Assembly (NCBI GenBank): GCA_022711615.1
Contig: JAKLER010000001.1
Span: forward strand, 1 to 50,922
Source: Acidobacteriota bacterium
GTDB lineage: Bacteria > Acidobacteriota > Thermoanaerobaculia > UBA5066
Direction of reading: 5' to 3'
Length of the DNA stretch: 50,922 bases
Every line of letters begins with the position of its first letter. Position 1 is the first letter of the stretch. The translations under genes and the position numbers were made by a program. Below, one piece after another: positions 8,033-16,560 of the stretch. A model generated the notes under the pieces. The model saw only the letters and a list, made by a program, of their open reading frames with translations, was not told where the DNA came from and made no database searches.

Positions 8033-8905
8033 TCAGGGCTCGGGTTCGCCGCCGAGCCCGGCGAAGCGGGCCTTGCGCCCCTCCACCGCGCGACGCACCC
8101 GGGTCCGGAAGGCGAGGACCTCGAGCTGCCGGAGACGGACCGCCTCGCCGGTTCGCCGGCGCTGCTGCTGACGCGCGACCGCGAGGAGGAGCGCGCTCCG
8201 GACGTACTCGCGGCGCTCGTCCGCGCGCCCGAGTCGGGCCTCCCGCCGCCTCCGCCACGGGCTGCCGAGGACGGAGAGGTCCTCCTCGGGGAGGATCCCG
8301 AGGCGGGCCTCCTCGCCGAGCTCGCTGCGAACGCGGGCCCGCTCCAGGAGGAGAGCCGGGAGCCAGGCCAGGAGCGCGGCGAGGGTCGCCGCGGCGGGCG
8401 CGAGGAGCGCGAGCCGTGCCGGAAGGCGGACCGCGAGCGCCACGATCCCCGCTGCGACGGCCCCGGCGAGGATCGCGCCGCTCCCCCACGCCACGCCACG
8501 CCTCCAGCCGGCCTCGGCGCAGGCGCGGGACCCCTCGGCGCCCCAGACGCCGACCGCCGCGAAGACCGCGCCTGCTCCGGCCGCCGCGCCCTGCGGCCCG
8601 GTGCCCGCGAGCGCGAGGGCCGTGACCGCACCTGCCCCCGCCGCGAGCGCGAGCGTGAAGGCTGCCGCCTCCGACACGAGAGGCGAATGGAGGTCCGCCC
8701 GGAGCGCTGTCAGGACGAGCGCGGCGGCCAGCAGGACGCCCCCGAAGAGCCACGGGGAAGGGAGCGCGGGCAGCGTCGCCCCGGCCGCCGCCGCGGCCCC
8801 GGCGGCGCCGGCCAGCGCCGCGCCGCGCGGCCTGCGCGCCCTGCGGACGAGGGCGAGAGAAGCGAGGGCGAGGACGACGCGCGGGAGGTCGGTGTCCACG
8901 CTCAT
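8033..8905 (-). CDS. hypothetical polytopic membrane protein with Arg-rich cytoplasmic tail
   Basis: 290-aa ORF with several Ala/Leu/Gly-rich hydrophobic segments, then a charged tail (REYVRSALLLAVARQQQRRR...). Its ATG 8905 overlaps the ribF stop (ATGA), suggesting translational coupling. No family recognised. Confidence 0.55.
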   Translation of the reverse strand: MSVDTDLPRVVLALASLALVRRARRPRGAALAGAAGAAAAAGATLPALPSPWLFGGVLLAAALVLTALRADLHSPLVSEAAAFTLALAAGAGAVTALALAGTGPQGAAAGAGAVFAAVGVWGAEGSRACAEAGWRRGVAWGSGAILAGAVAAGIVALAVRLPARLALLAPAAATLAALLAWLPALLLERARVRSELGEEARLGILPEEDLSVLGSPWRRRREARLGRADERREYVRSALLLAVARQQQRRRTGEAVRLRQLEVLAFRTRVRRAVEGRKARFAGLGGEPEP

Positions 8906-9846
8906 CCCCTCCCGCGCGCGAGGAACCAGAGCCGGGTCGCCTCGACGTCGCGGCGGATCTGGGCCGTCAGCTCGAGCATCGACGGAAAGACCTGCTCGTC
9001 TCGGAGCCGCTCGTGGAACGAGAGGCGGATCGGCTCGCCGTACACGTCCGAGGAGAAGTCGAGGATGTACGACTCGATCGTCGTCGCGTAGTCCTCGTAG
9101 ACGGTCGGCCGGCGGCCGATGTTCGTGACGCAGCTGAACGTCCTCTCGAAGGAGCGGAGAAGGACCTCCGTCACGTAGACGCCGTCCCGCGGGTAGAGCT
9201 CGTTCCCGGACCTCAGATTGATCGTCGGGAAGCCGATCTTCCGCCCCATCCGGTCCCCCTTCGCGATGACCCCTTCCATCGCGTAGGGCCGGCCGAGGAG
9301 GCGCCCGGCCTCCGCGACGTCCCCCGTCCCGACGAGCGATCGGATCCTCGTCGAGGAGACGGGGGCGTCCCCTTCCGAGACGACGTCGAGCGTCGCCACG
9401 CGGATTCCCGCCTCCTCGCCGAGGCGCGAGAGGAGCTCCACGTTCCCCCGCTTCCCGCAGCCGAACGCGAAGCCGGCGCCGACGTGGGCTTCCCGCACGC
9501 CGAGGGACCGGCCGAGGAGCTCGCGGACGAAGTCTTCCGCGGGCATCGCGGCGAAGTCGCGCGTGAAGGGGACGACGACGAGGCCGTCGACGCCGAGGGC
9601 GGCGATCGCCTCCTCGCGCTGCCGGAGCGTCTGGATCAGCTTCGGGGCCCGCTGCGGATGAAGGACCGTCGTCGGGTGCGGGTCGAACGTCAGGACGAGG
9701 GCCGGCGCGTCGAGCTCCCGGGCGCGCGCGACGACGGCCTGGAGCATCGCCTGATGGCCGAGGTGGACGCCGTCGAAGTTGCCGATCGTCACGACCCCCC
9801 CTCGCGGAAGGTCGGACCTGCGGAGCGGGTCGGGATAGACGTTCAC
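8902..9846 (-). CDS. ribF: bifunctional riboflavin kinase / FMN adenylyltransferase
   Basis: N-terminal nucleotidyltransferase motif GNFDGVHLGHQ. C-terminal riboflavin kinase blocks GFPTINL, PRDGVYV and RLSFHERLRDE. Confidence 0.92.
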   Translation of the reverse strand: MNVYPDPLRRSDLPRGGVVTIGNFDGVHLGHQAMLQAVVARARELDAPALVLTFDPHPTTVLHPQRAPKLIQTLRQREEAIAALGVDGLVVVPFTRDFAAMPAEDFVRELLGRSLGVREAHVGAGFAFGCGKRGNVELLSRLGEEAGIRVATLDVVSEGDAPVSSTRIRSLVGTGDVAEAGRLLGRPYAMEGVIAKGDRMGRKIGFPTINLRSGNELYPRDGVYVTEVLLRSFERTFSCVTNIGRRPTVYEDYATTIESYILDFSSDVYGEPIRLSFHERLRDEQVFPSMLELTAQIRRDVEATRLWFLARGRG

Positions 9847-9859
9847 GGCCGCCGCCGCC

Positions 9860-11212
9860 TCACGGGACGACGCGCCCGACGAGGTCGTAGTCGTGCGCCC
9901 CGGTCACGCGGACCCGCACCATCGCGCCGGGCCGCGGGACGAAGCCCTCGGGAACGTCGTTGACGAGGACCTTGCCGTCGATCTCGGGCGCCTGCCGGGC
10001 GAGGCGCCCCTCGAGGAGCATCTCCGACTCGGGCGAGGCCCCCTCCAGGATCGCGTCGTGCACCTTCCCGCGAAGCTCCCGGTTCTTCCTCCGGGAGATC
10101 TCGCGCTGCGCCTCCATGACCGCCGCGCACCGCTCCCCCTTCACCGGAGCCGGGACCGGGTCTCCGAGCCCTTCCGCCCCCGATCCGGGCTCGGGCGAGT
10201 AGGGGAAGACGCCGACGTGGTCGAGCCCGGCCTCCTTCACGAACGCGAGGAGCTCGGCGAACTCGGCCTCCCCTTCTCCGGGGAAGCCGGCGATGAACGT
10301 CGAGCGGAGGGCGATGCCGGGAACGGCCGCGCGGAGCCGCTCGACGAGGCGGAGACACGACTCCGGGTCGCCGCCGCGCCGCATCCCCGCGAGGACGGAG
10401 CGCGAGACGTGCTGGAGCGGGACGTCGACGTACGAGACGAACCGCGGCTCGGCCGCCATCCGCTCGAGGACGGAGTCGTGCAGGGTCTTCGGGTAGGCGT
10501 AGAGGAATCGGACCCACGGGAAGCCCGTCTCCCGGAGGAGCGCGGCGACGAGCGTTGAGAGCCCCTCCCGGCCGAGGCCGAGGTCCTCGCCGTAACGGGT
10601 CGTGTCCTGCGAGATGAGGACGAGCTCGGAGACCCCCTGCGCCTCGAGCCCCTGGGCCTCGCGGACGAGGGACTCGATCGACCGGGAGCGCTGGAGGCCG
10701 CGCATCTGCGGGATCGTGCAGAACGTGCAGGGGTTGTTGCACCCCTCGGCGACCTTCAGGTAGGCGTAGCCGCGGCGACCCGTCAGGACGCGCGGGGCGA
10801 GGTCGTCGTAGAGGCGCGTCGCGAGGGGCTTCGCGGCGAACCGCGCGAGCGACGGGAGGCCAAGGGCCGCGGCGGGCGCCTTCTCCAGCTCGTCGAGGCC
10901 CAGGAAGTGGTCGACCTCCGGGATCTCCGCGGCGAGCTCGGCTCCGTACTTCTGGACCATGCAGCCGGCGACGACCACGCGGTCGACCTCCCCGGCCTCC
11001 TTGCGGCGGACCTGCTCGAGGACGGCGTTCACCGACTCCTCCTTGGCCTGGTCGATGAAGCCGCAGGTGTTCACGATGACGACCCGGGAGGTGTCGGGGT
11101 CGCCCAGCTCCAGCCCCTCGCGCTTCAGGTAGCCGAGCATCACCTCGGTGTCGACGAGGTTCTTCGGGCAGCCGAGGGAGACGATTCCGACGGAGGGGAG
11201 CTTCAGGGGCAT
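9860..11212 (-). CDS. rimO: ribosomal protein S12 methylthiotransferase (radical SAM, MiaB family)
   Basis: UPF0004 cysteines (LGCPKN, NTCGF, AGC), radical SAM CNNPCTFC and a C-terminal TRAM-like domain. Length and N-terminus are typical of RimO. Confidence 0.9.
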   Translation of the reverse strand: MPLKLPSVGIVSLGCPKNLVDTEVMLGYLKREGLELGDPDTSRVVIVNTCGFIDQAKEESVNAVLEQVRRKEAGEVDRVVVAGCMVQKYGAELAAEIPEVDHFLGLDELEKAPAAALGLPSLARFAAKPLATRLYDDLAPRVLTGRRGYAYLKVAEGCNNPCTFCTIPQMRGLQRSRSIESLVREAQGLEAQGVSELVLISQDTTRYGEDLGLGREGLSTLVAALLRETGFPWVRFLYAYPKTLHDSVLERMAAEPRFVSYVDVPLQHVSRSVLAGMRRGGDPESCLRLVERLRAAVPGIALRSTFIAGFPGEGEAEFAELLAFVKEAGLDHVGVFPYSPEPGSGAEGLGDPVPAPVKGERCAAVMEAQREISRRKNRELRGKVHDAILEGASPESEMLLEGRLARQAPEIDGKVLVNDVPEGFVPRPGAMVRVRVTGAHDYDLVGRVVP

Positions 11213-11256
11213 GCGTGTCGACGGACCGCGCCAGGGGGCCGCCGTCCGAACCTTTC

Positions 11257-11262
11257 ATTATA
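11257..11262 (-). promoter_or_regulatory. putative -10 hexamer TATAAT upstream of rimO
   Basis: Perfect TATAAT (minus strand gacggtTATAATgaaagg) 44 nt upstream of ATG 11212, in a strongly GC-rich context. No convincing -35. Confidence 0.35.
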
Positions 11263-11309
11263 ACCGTCGGAGACCGATCCGGCTCGTTCCGGGGCGGGCG
11301 CGCTCCCGT

Positions 11310-13367
11310 TCACGCCATCTTCACCCCGAGCGCCTGCGCCATCCTCCGCAGGTCGCCCATCATCGCCGTGAAGAGCTCGGGGGTCAGCGCCTGAGGTCCG
11401 TCGCAGAGCGCCTCCTCCGGATGCGGGTGGACCTCGACGATGACCCCGTCGGCCCCGGCTGCGAGCGCCGCACGGGCCATCGGCGCGACGAACGCGGTGA
11501 CCCCCATCGCGTGGGACGGGTCGACGATCACGGGCAGGTGCGTCCGCGCCTTCAGGACCTGGACCGCCCCAAGGTCGAGCGTGTTCCGCGTCGAGGTCTC
11601 GAACGTTCGGATGCCGCGCTCGCAAAGGACGACGGCGCGGTTCCCCGCGGAGAGGACGTACTCCGCGGCGAGGAGGAGCTCCTCGACGGACGACATCATT
11701 CCGCGCTTGAGAAGGACGGGCCGGCTGCTCTGCCCGACGGCCTTCAGGAGGGCGAAGTTCTGCATATTGCGCGCCCCGACCTGGAGCATGTCGGCGAACT
11801 CGGCGACCTTCTCGACGTCCTCGGGCGCGACCACCTCCGTAACGACCGGCAGGTGGTACTCGAGCCCCGCGCGGCAGAGGAGGTCGAGGCCCGGGATCCC
11901 GAGCCCCTGGAACGAATAGGGGCTCGTCCGCGGCTTGAACACGCCGCCCCGCAGGACGCGGCCGCCCCCCTCCCGCACGACGCGCGCCGCCTCGAAGAGC
12001 TGCGCCTCGTTCTCCACGGCGCACGGCCCGGCGATCACGACGAACCCCTCGCCGAAGACGACGTCCCCTACCTTCACCGGCGTCCGGGCGCCCGGGTCGG
12101 TCGCCCGCCGGGCCGCGAGGGGATACGCGACCGGGCTCTCGACGGGGACCGGCGTGCCGGCCGGCCAGGGCTCCGCCGGCGCGGCCTCCGTCAGGAGGTC
12201 GACGTCCTTCGGCACCTCGCGCGACGGGTCGGCCTTCCGCGGGTAGCAGCCGAGGACCCGGAGGTAGCGCGCGTTGCGGCCGACTCCTTCGAGGGCCTCC
12301 GCGAGGCGCGGGTCATCCACGTTCCCCTCGACGTCGACGTAGAACTGGTACTCCCACGGAGTCGCCGGCATCGACCGGCTCTCGAGCTTCGTCAGGTTCA
12401 CGCCCGCCTTCGCGAGCTCGGCGAGGCAGCGCTCGAGCGCCCCCTCGCGATGGTCCGTCACGAGGAGAAGCGACGTCCGGCAGGGGATACGCGGGTCGAA
12501 GCGGAACGGCCGCCGGTGGACGACGACGAACCGCGTCTGGTTGTTCCTCTGATTCGCGATCGAACGCCTGAGGACGACGAGCCCGTGCCGCTCCCCCGCT
12601 TCCTCCGAGGCGATGGCGGCGTTCTCCTCGCTCCCGAGCTCCTTCACCCTCGCGACGCTGCCCGCGGTGTCGAACCAGCTCTCGGCCGTCGCCCCGGCGA
12701 GGCTCTCGAGGAACTCCGAGCACTGCAAAAGCGCCTGCGGGTGCGAGAAGACCCTCCGGACCCGGGCGAGCGGGACCTTCGAGAGGCCGAGGAGGCAGTG
12801 CTCCACGGGCCAGACTTCCTCGCCGACGATCGACAGCTTCGACGTGCCGAGGAGGGTGTAGGTCTCGTTGATCGCTCCGGCCACCGAGTTCTCGATCGGC
12901 AGGATCGCGAACTCGCACTCCTCCCGCTCGACCGCCTCCACCGCCTGGCGGAACGACCGGTAGCCGACGAAGATCGGCTCCTCGGCCCGGTCGGCGAAGA
13001 ACTTCTTCCCCGCGAGGTGGCTGTAGGCCCCTTCCGTTCCCTGGAAGGCGACCCGAAGGAGCGCCGGCTCCTCGTCGATCGCGTTCGCGGCCCGCGTCAG
13101 CCGGCTCTCCTGCTGGCGCACGGAGGCCTCCACCACGTCCCGGAAGATCTTCACGACGTGGAAGGCGTTCAGGCCGCGCCTCTGCGCGTCCCGACCCACC
13201 TTCGAGAGGAGGTCGCGCTCCCGCTCGAGGTCGCGGAGGAGGAGCGCGTGCTCCCGGCTCTTGAGCGCCGCGACCTCGTCGACGACCGCAGCGCGCTCGG
13301 CGAGGAGGTCGAGGAGCGCAGCGTCGATCCGGTCGAGAGCCGCCCGGACGTTCGGGAGGTCCGTCAC
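11310..13367 (-). CDS. trifunctional fusion: chorismate mutase (AroQ) - prephenate dehydratase with ACT - type I-beta DAHP synthase
   Basis: 685 aa. Residues 1-92 are AroQ-type CM (LDRIDAALLDLLAERAAVVDEVAALK). Residues ~104-285 are PDT (RVAFQGTEGAYSH, NQTRFVVV). Residues ~297-375 are ACT (LESRSMP, YQFYVDVEG). Residues ~429-685 are KDO8PS-like DAHP synthase (IAGPCAVE, FKPRTSPYSFQG, VDPSH). GTG start with GGAGGGG 3-5 nt upstream. Confidence 0.88.
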   Translation of the reverse strand: MTDLPNVRAALDRIDAALLDLLAERAAVVDEVAALKSREHALLLRDLERERDLLSKVGRDAQRRGLNAFHVVKIFRDVVEASVRQQESRLTRAANAIDEEPALLRVAFQGTEGAYSHLAGKKFFADRAEEPIFVGYRSFRQAVEAVEREECEFAILPIENSVAGAINETYTLLGTSKLSIVGEEVWPVEHCLLGLSKVPLARVRRVFSHPQALLQCSEFLESLAGATAESWFDTAGSVARVKELGSEENAAIASEEAGERHGLVVLRRSIANQRNNQTRFVVVHRRPFRFDPRIPCRTSLLLVTDHREGALERCLAELAKAGVNLTKLESRSMPATPWEYQFYVDVEGNVDDPRLAEALEGVGRNARYLRVLGCYPRKADPSREVPKDVDLLTEAAPAEPWPAGTPVPVESPVAYPLAARRATDPGARTPVKVGDVVFGEGFVVIAGPCAVENEAQLFEAARVVREGGGRVLRGGVFKPRTSPYSFQGLGIPGLDLLCRAGLEYHLPVVTEVVAPEDVEKVAEFADMLQVGARNMQNFALLKAVGQSSRPVLLKRGMMSSVEELLLAAEYVLSAGNRAVVLCERGIRTFETSTRNTLDLGAVQVLKARTHLPVIVDPSHAMGVTAFVAPMARAALAAGADGVIVEVHPHPEEALCDGPQALTPELFTAMMGDLRRMAQALGVKMA

Positions 13368-13370
13368 GTA

Positions 13371-13420
13371 CCCCTCCGTCGCGGCGCCGCGGGCGCGGCC
13401 GCTCTTCCGCCGCGGAGGGG
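13371..13420 (-). promoter_or_regulatory. GC-rich hairpin whose 3' arm (minus strand) is the Shine-Dalgarno of the CM-PDT-DAHPS gene
   Basis: On the minus strand, CCCCTCCG (13420..13413) pairs perfectly with CGGAGGGG (13378..13371), and the GGAGGGG lies 3-5 nt before GTG 13367. The 34 nt between the arms are almost pure G/C with further pairing potential. Confidence 0.45.
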
Positions 13421-13455
13421 ACAGGGAGAGCCGGGCTGGAACGGGCTTCCCGGGA

Positions 13456-14763
13456 TCATGGATAGATGCGGTAGAGCATCCTCGGGTACGGGATGCACTC
13501 CCGCAGGTGCGGCACGCCGCACATCCAGGCGGTGAAGCGCTCCAGCCCCATTCCGAAGCCCGAGTGCGGGAAAGAGCCGTACTTCCTCACGTCGAGGTAC
13601 CACTGGAACGCCTCGATCGGAAGCTCGTGCTGGCGGATTCGCTCGAGCAGGAGGTCGTGGTCGTGGATCCTCTGGGATCCCCCGATGATCTCGCCGTACC
13701 CCTCGGGGGCGAGCATGTCGAGGCCGAGGACGACCTCCGGGTCGTTCGGGTCGGGCTGCATGTAGAACGACTTGATCGCCGCCGGGTAGCGCGTGACCAT
13801 GACCGGCGTGTCGAACCCCTCCGTGAGCGCCGTCTCCTCGTCGCCGCCGAGGTCGTCGCCGAACTTCACGGGGAAGCCCTTCTTCTCGAGGATCCCGATC
13901 GCGTCGCGGTAGTCGATCCGGGGAAACGGCTTCGCGACCGTCGCCTCGAGGACCGTCGTGTCCCTCTCGAGGCGCTTCAGGTCCTCCTTCCGGCGGTCGA
14001 GGACGCGGGCCGTCAGCTCCTTGACGAACTCCTCCGCGAGGTCCTTCAGGCCGTCGATCTCGAGGAAGGCGACCTCCGGCTCGACCATCCAGAACTCGCG
14101 CAGGTGGCGGCGCGTCTTCGACTTCTCGGCGCGGAACGTCGGGCCGAAGCAGTAGACCTTCCCGAGCGCGGCGGCGGCCGGCTCGAGGTAGAGCTGCCCC
14201 GATTGCGAGAGGTACGCCTTCTCCTCCTCGGTGTACTGGGTCTCGAAGAGGTTCGAGGTCCCCTCGCAGGCGTTCGGCGTCAGGATCGGCGAGTCGACCC
14301 TCGTGTAGCCGCGCGAGTGGTAGAAATCGTGGATCGCGCTCTCGACCTCGCTCCGCACGCGCAGGATCGCCACCTGCTTCGCCGAGCGGAGCCAGAGGTG
14401 CCGCTGCGACATCAGGAAGTCGACGCCGTGCTCCTTCGGCGTGATCGGCCAGTCGTTGCAGACCGAGAGGACGGTCAGCCCGGTGACGCCGACCTCGACG
14501 CCCCCCTCCTGCCGTGGCGCCTCCCGGACGACGCCCGTCACCTCGAAGGACGACTCCTGCGTCAGCCGGTCCGACTCGGCCCAGATCTCCTCGGAGACCT
14601 CCTTCTTCACGACGACGCACTGGACGTAGCCGGAGCCGTCGCGGAAGACGAGGAACCGGATCTTCCCGCTGTCCCGGCGGTTGTAGAGCCAGCCCCGGAG
14701 GGTGACGGTCTCGCCGATGCGGGAGCGGAGCCCGGAGACGGAAGCGACAGGTCCGGTCGACAT
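13456..14763 (-). CDS. asnS: asparagine--tRNA ligase
   Basis: Class IIb aaRS with an OB anticodon-binding N-terminus ([25 protein letters not shown]), motif 2 [21 protein letters not shown] and motif 3 [12 protein letters not shown] 14763 is preferred over the listed ATG 14790 because a TAAATT hexamer lies 8 nt upstream of it. Confidence 0.92.
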   Translation of the reverse strand: MSTGPVASVSGLRSRIGETVTLRGWLYNRRDSGKIRFLVFRDGSGYVQCVVVKKEVSEEIWAESDRLTQESSFEVTGVVREAPRQEGGVEVGVTGLTVLSVCNDWPITPKEHGVDFLMSQRHLWLRSAKQVAILRVRSEVESAIHDFYHSRGYTRVDSPILTPNACEGTSNLFETQYTEEEKAYLSQSGQLYLEPAAAALGKVYCFGPTFRAEKSKTRRHLREFWMVEPEVAFLEIDGLKDLAEEFVKELTARVLDRRKEDLKRLERDTTVLEATVAKPFPRIDYRDAIGILEKKGFPVKFGDDLGGDEETALTEGFDTPVMVTRYPAAIKSFYMQPDPNDPEVVLGLDMLAPEGYGEIIGGSQRIHDHDLLLERIRQHELPIEAFQWYLDVRKYGSFPHSGFGMGLERFTAWMCGVPHLRECIPYPRMLYRIYP

Positions 14764-14771
14764 AGCAGCGG

Positions 14772-14777
14772 AATTTA
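14772..14777 (-). promoter_or_regulatory. putative -10 hexamer TAAATT, 8 nt upstream of asnS ATG 14763 (leaderless-type)
   Basis: The minus strand reads cctgcTAAATTccgctgctATG. No SD. Confidence 0.4.
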
Positions 14778-14814
14778 GCAGGCGCCGCAAGCCCCGGCTT
14801 CCCGAAGCGGTTCA

Positions 14815-14852
14815 GGGGGACCGGCCGCCGCGCCAGAGGCGCGTGGTCCCCC
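14815..14852. repeat. 38-bp palindromic element, copy 1
   Basis: GGGGGACCggccgcCGCGCCagaGGCGCGtGGTCCCCC has an outer 8-bp stem and an inner 6-bp stem. It is identical to 14883..14920. Confidence 0.8.
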
Positions 14853-14881
14853 TTCAGGCGAAGCCGGCTCGGAGGGGGTTC

Positions 14882-14921
14882 GGGGGGACCGGCCGCCGCG
14901 CCAGAGGCGCGTGGTCCCCCC
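14882..14921. repeat. 38-bp palindromic element, copy 2 (stem extended to 9 bp)
   Basis: Same sequence as copy 1 with one extra G and C at the ends. It begins 7 nt after the stop (14929) of the 83-aa ORF on the minus strand. Confidence 0.8.
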
Positions 14922-14928
14922 GAGAAAA

Positions 14929-15180
14929 CTACCGTCGCGAACGGGCCGCCTGCAGGACCGTCAGCGCCTGCGAGATGCGGAGGAGCTTCCGGTTCTTCTT
15001 CTGGTTCCCGTCCACGTCGTCGACGGGGACGATGGACCCCCGGAGCTCGCGGGCCGCCTTCTCCAGCTCGGCCTGCAGCGAGAGCAGCTCGTGCGGCTCG
15101 TACTTCCGGAGCATTACGCCGTTCAGGGTGAGGTAGCCCTCGGTCACGTCGGAGGCCGTCTTCCAGGCGGGATTCGCCAT
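14929..15180 (-). CDS. small hypothetical protein (83 aa)
   Basis: Non-degenerate composition (MANPAWKTASDVTEGYLTLNGVMLRKYEPHELLSLQAELEKAAREL...). It has its own TTGACG-17-CATCCT promoter-like element and two strong hairpins after the stop. No family recognised. Confidence 0.55.
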   Translation of the reverse strand: MANPAWKTASDVTEGYLTLNGVMLRKYEPHELLSLQAELEKAARELRGSIVPVDDVDGNQKKNRKLLRISQALTVLQAARSRR

Positions 15181-15189
15181 CGGGGCGAC

Positions 15190-15218
15190 AGGATGCGCCG
15201 GGCCCGCCGGCCCGTCAA
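15190..15218 (-). promoter_or_regulatory. promoter-like TTGACG-17 nt-CATCCT, 9 nt upstream of ATG 15180
   Basis: The minus strand reads gccgTTGACGggccggcgggcccggcgCATCCTgtcgccccgATG. The -35 and spacer are good and the -10 is weak (the A at position 2 and T at position 6 are kept). Confidence 0.4.
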
Positions 15219-15229
15219 CGGCCGCATGC

Positions 15230-15235
15230 TAGATT
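15230..15235 (+). promoter_or_regulatory. putative -10 hexamer TAGATT upstream of gcdH (leadered, about 45-nt 5' UTR with SD)
   Basis: gcatgcTAGATTctcccg lies in the 106-nt divergent intergenic region. No good -35. Confidence 0.3.
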
Positions 15236-15286
15236 CTCCCGTCCGCGCACGGCGAGGGGCCGTAGAGAGCCTCAGGAGGCGAATTC

Positions 15287-16474
<1,188 letters not shown>

Positions 16475-16487
16475 AGCGACGCGGCCC

Positions 16488-16517
16488 GCGGACCCGCCCG
16501 GAGACGGGCCGGTCCGC
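16488..16517 (+). terminator. GC hairpin with GAGA tetraloop after gcdH
   Basis: GCGGACC-c-GCCCG-gaga-CGGGC-c-GGTCCGC, 7+5 bp with one C:C mismatch, 14 nt after the stop at 16474. Confidence 0.5.
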
Positions 16518-16545
16518 GAGCCGCCCCGGAGGGCCGGCCTCCCCG

Positions 16546-16551
16546 TAGAAT
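16546..16551 (+). promoter_or_regulatory. putative -10 hexamer TAGAAT, 9 nt upstream of ATG 16561 (leaderless-type)
   Basis: ccccgTAGAATgcctcccggATG, directly after the gcdH terminator hairpin. No SD. Confidence 0.45.
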
Positions 16552-16560
16552 GCCTCCCGG

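Noticed and set aside
8033-9128. Plus-strand ORFs 7991..9091, 8416..8625 and 8601..9128 as alternatives to the minus-strand membrane protein
   Set aside because: Their translations are Arg/Pro/Gly/Ala low complexity. The minus frame shows hydrophobic-segment periodicity and an ATGA coupling to ribF. The minus-strand gene itself remains only moderately supported.
14764-14790. ATG 14790 as the asnS start (listed ORF)
   Set aside because: The extra MRRLLNSAA codons would contain the TAAATT -10-like hexamer. ATG 14763 gives a typical AsnRS N-terminus and fits the leaderless pattern.
14815-14921. Twin 38-bp repeats as a mini CRISPR array
   Set aside because: There are only two copies. Each is an internally nested palindrome typical of terminator or REP elements, the spacer is 29-30 nt of ordinary sequence, and there are no cas genes in the window.
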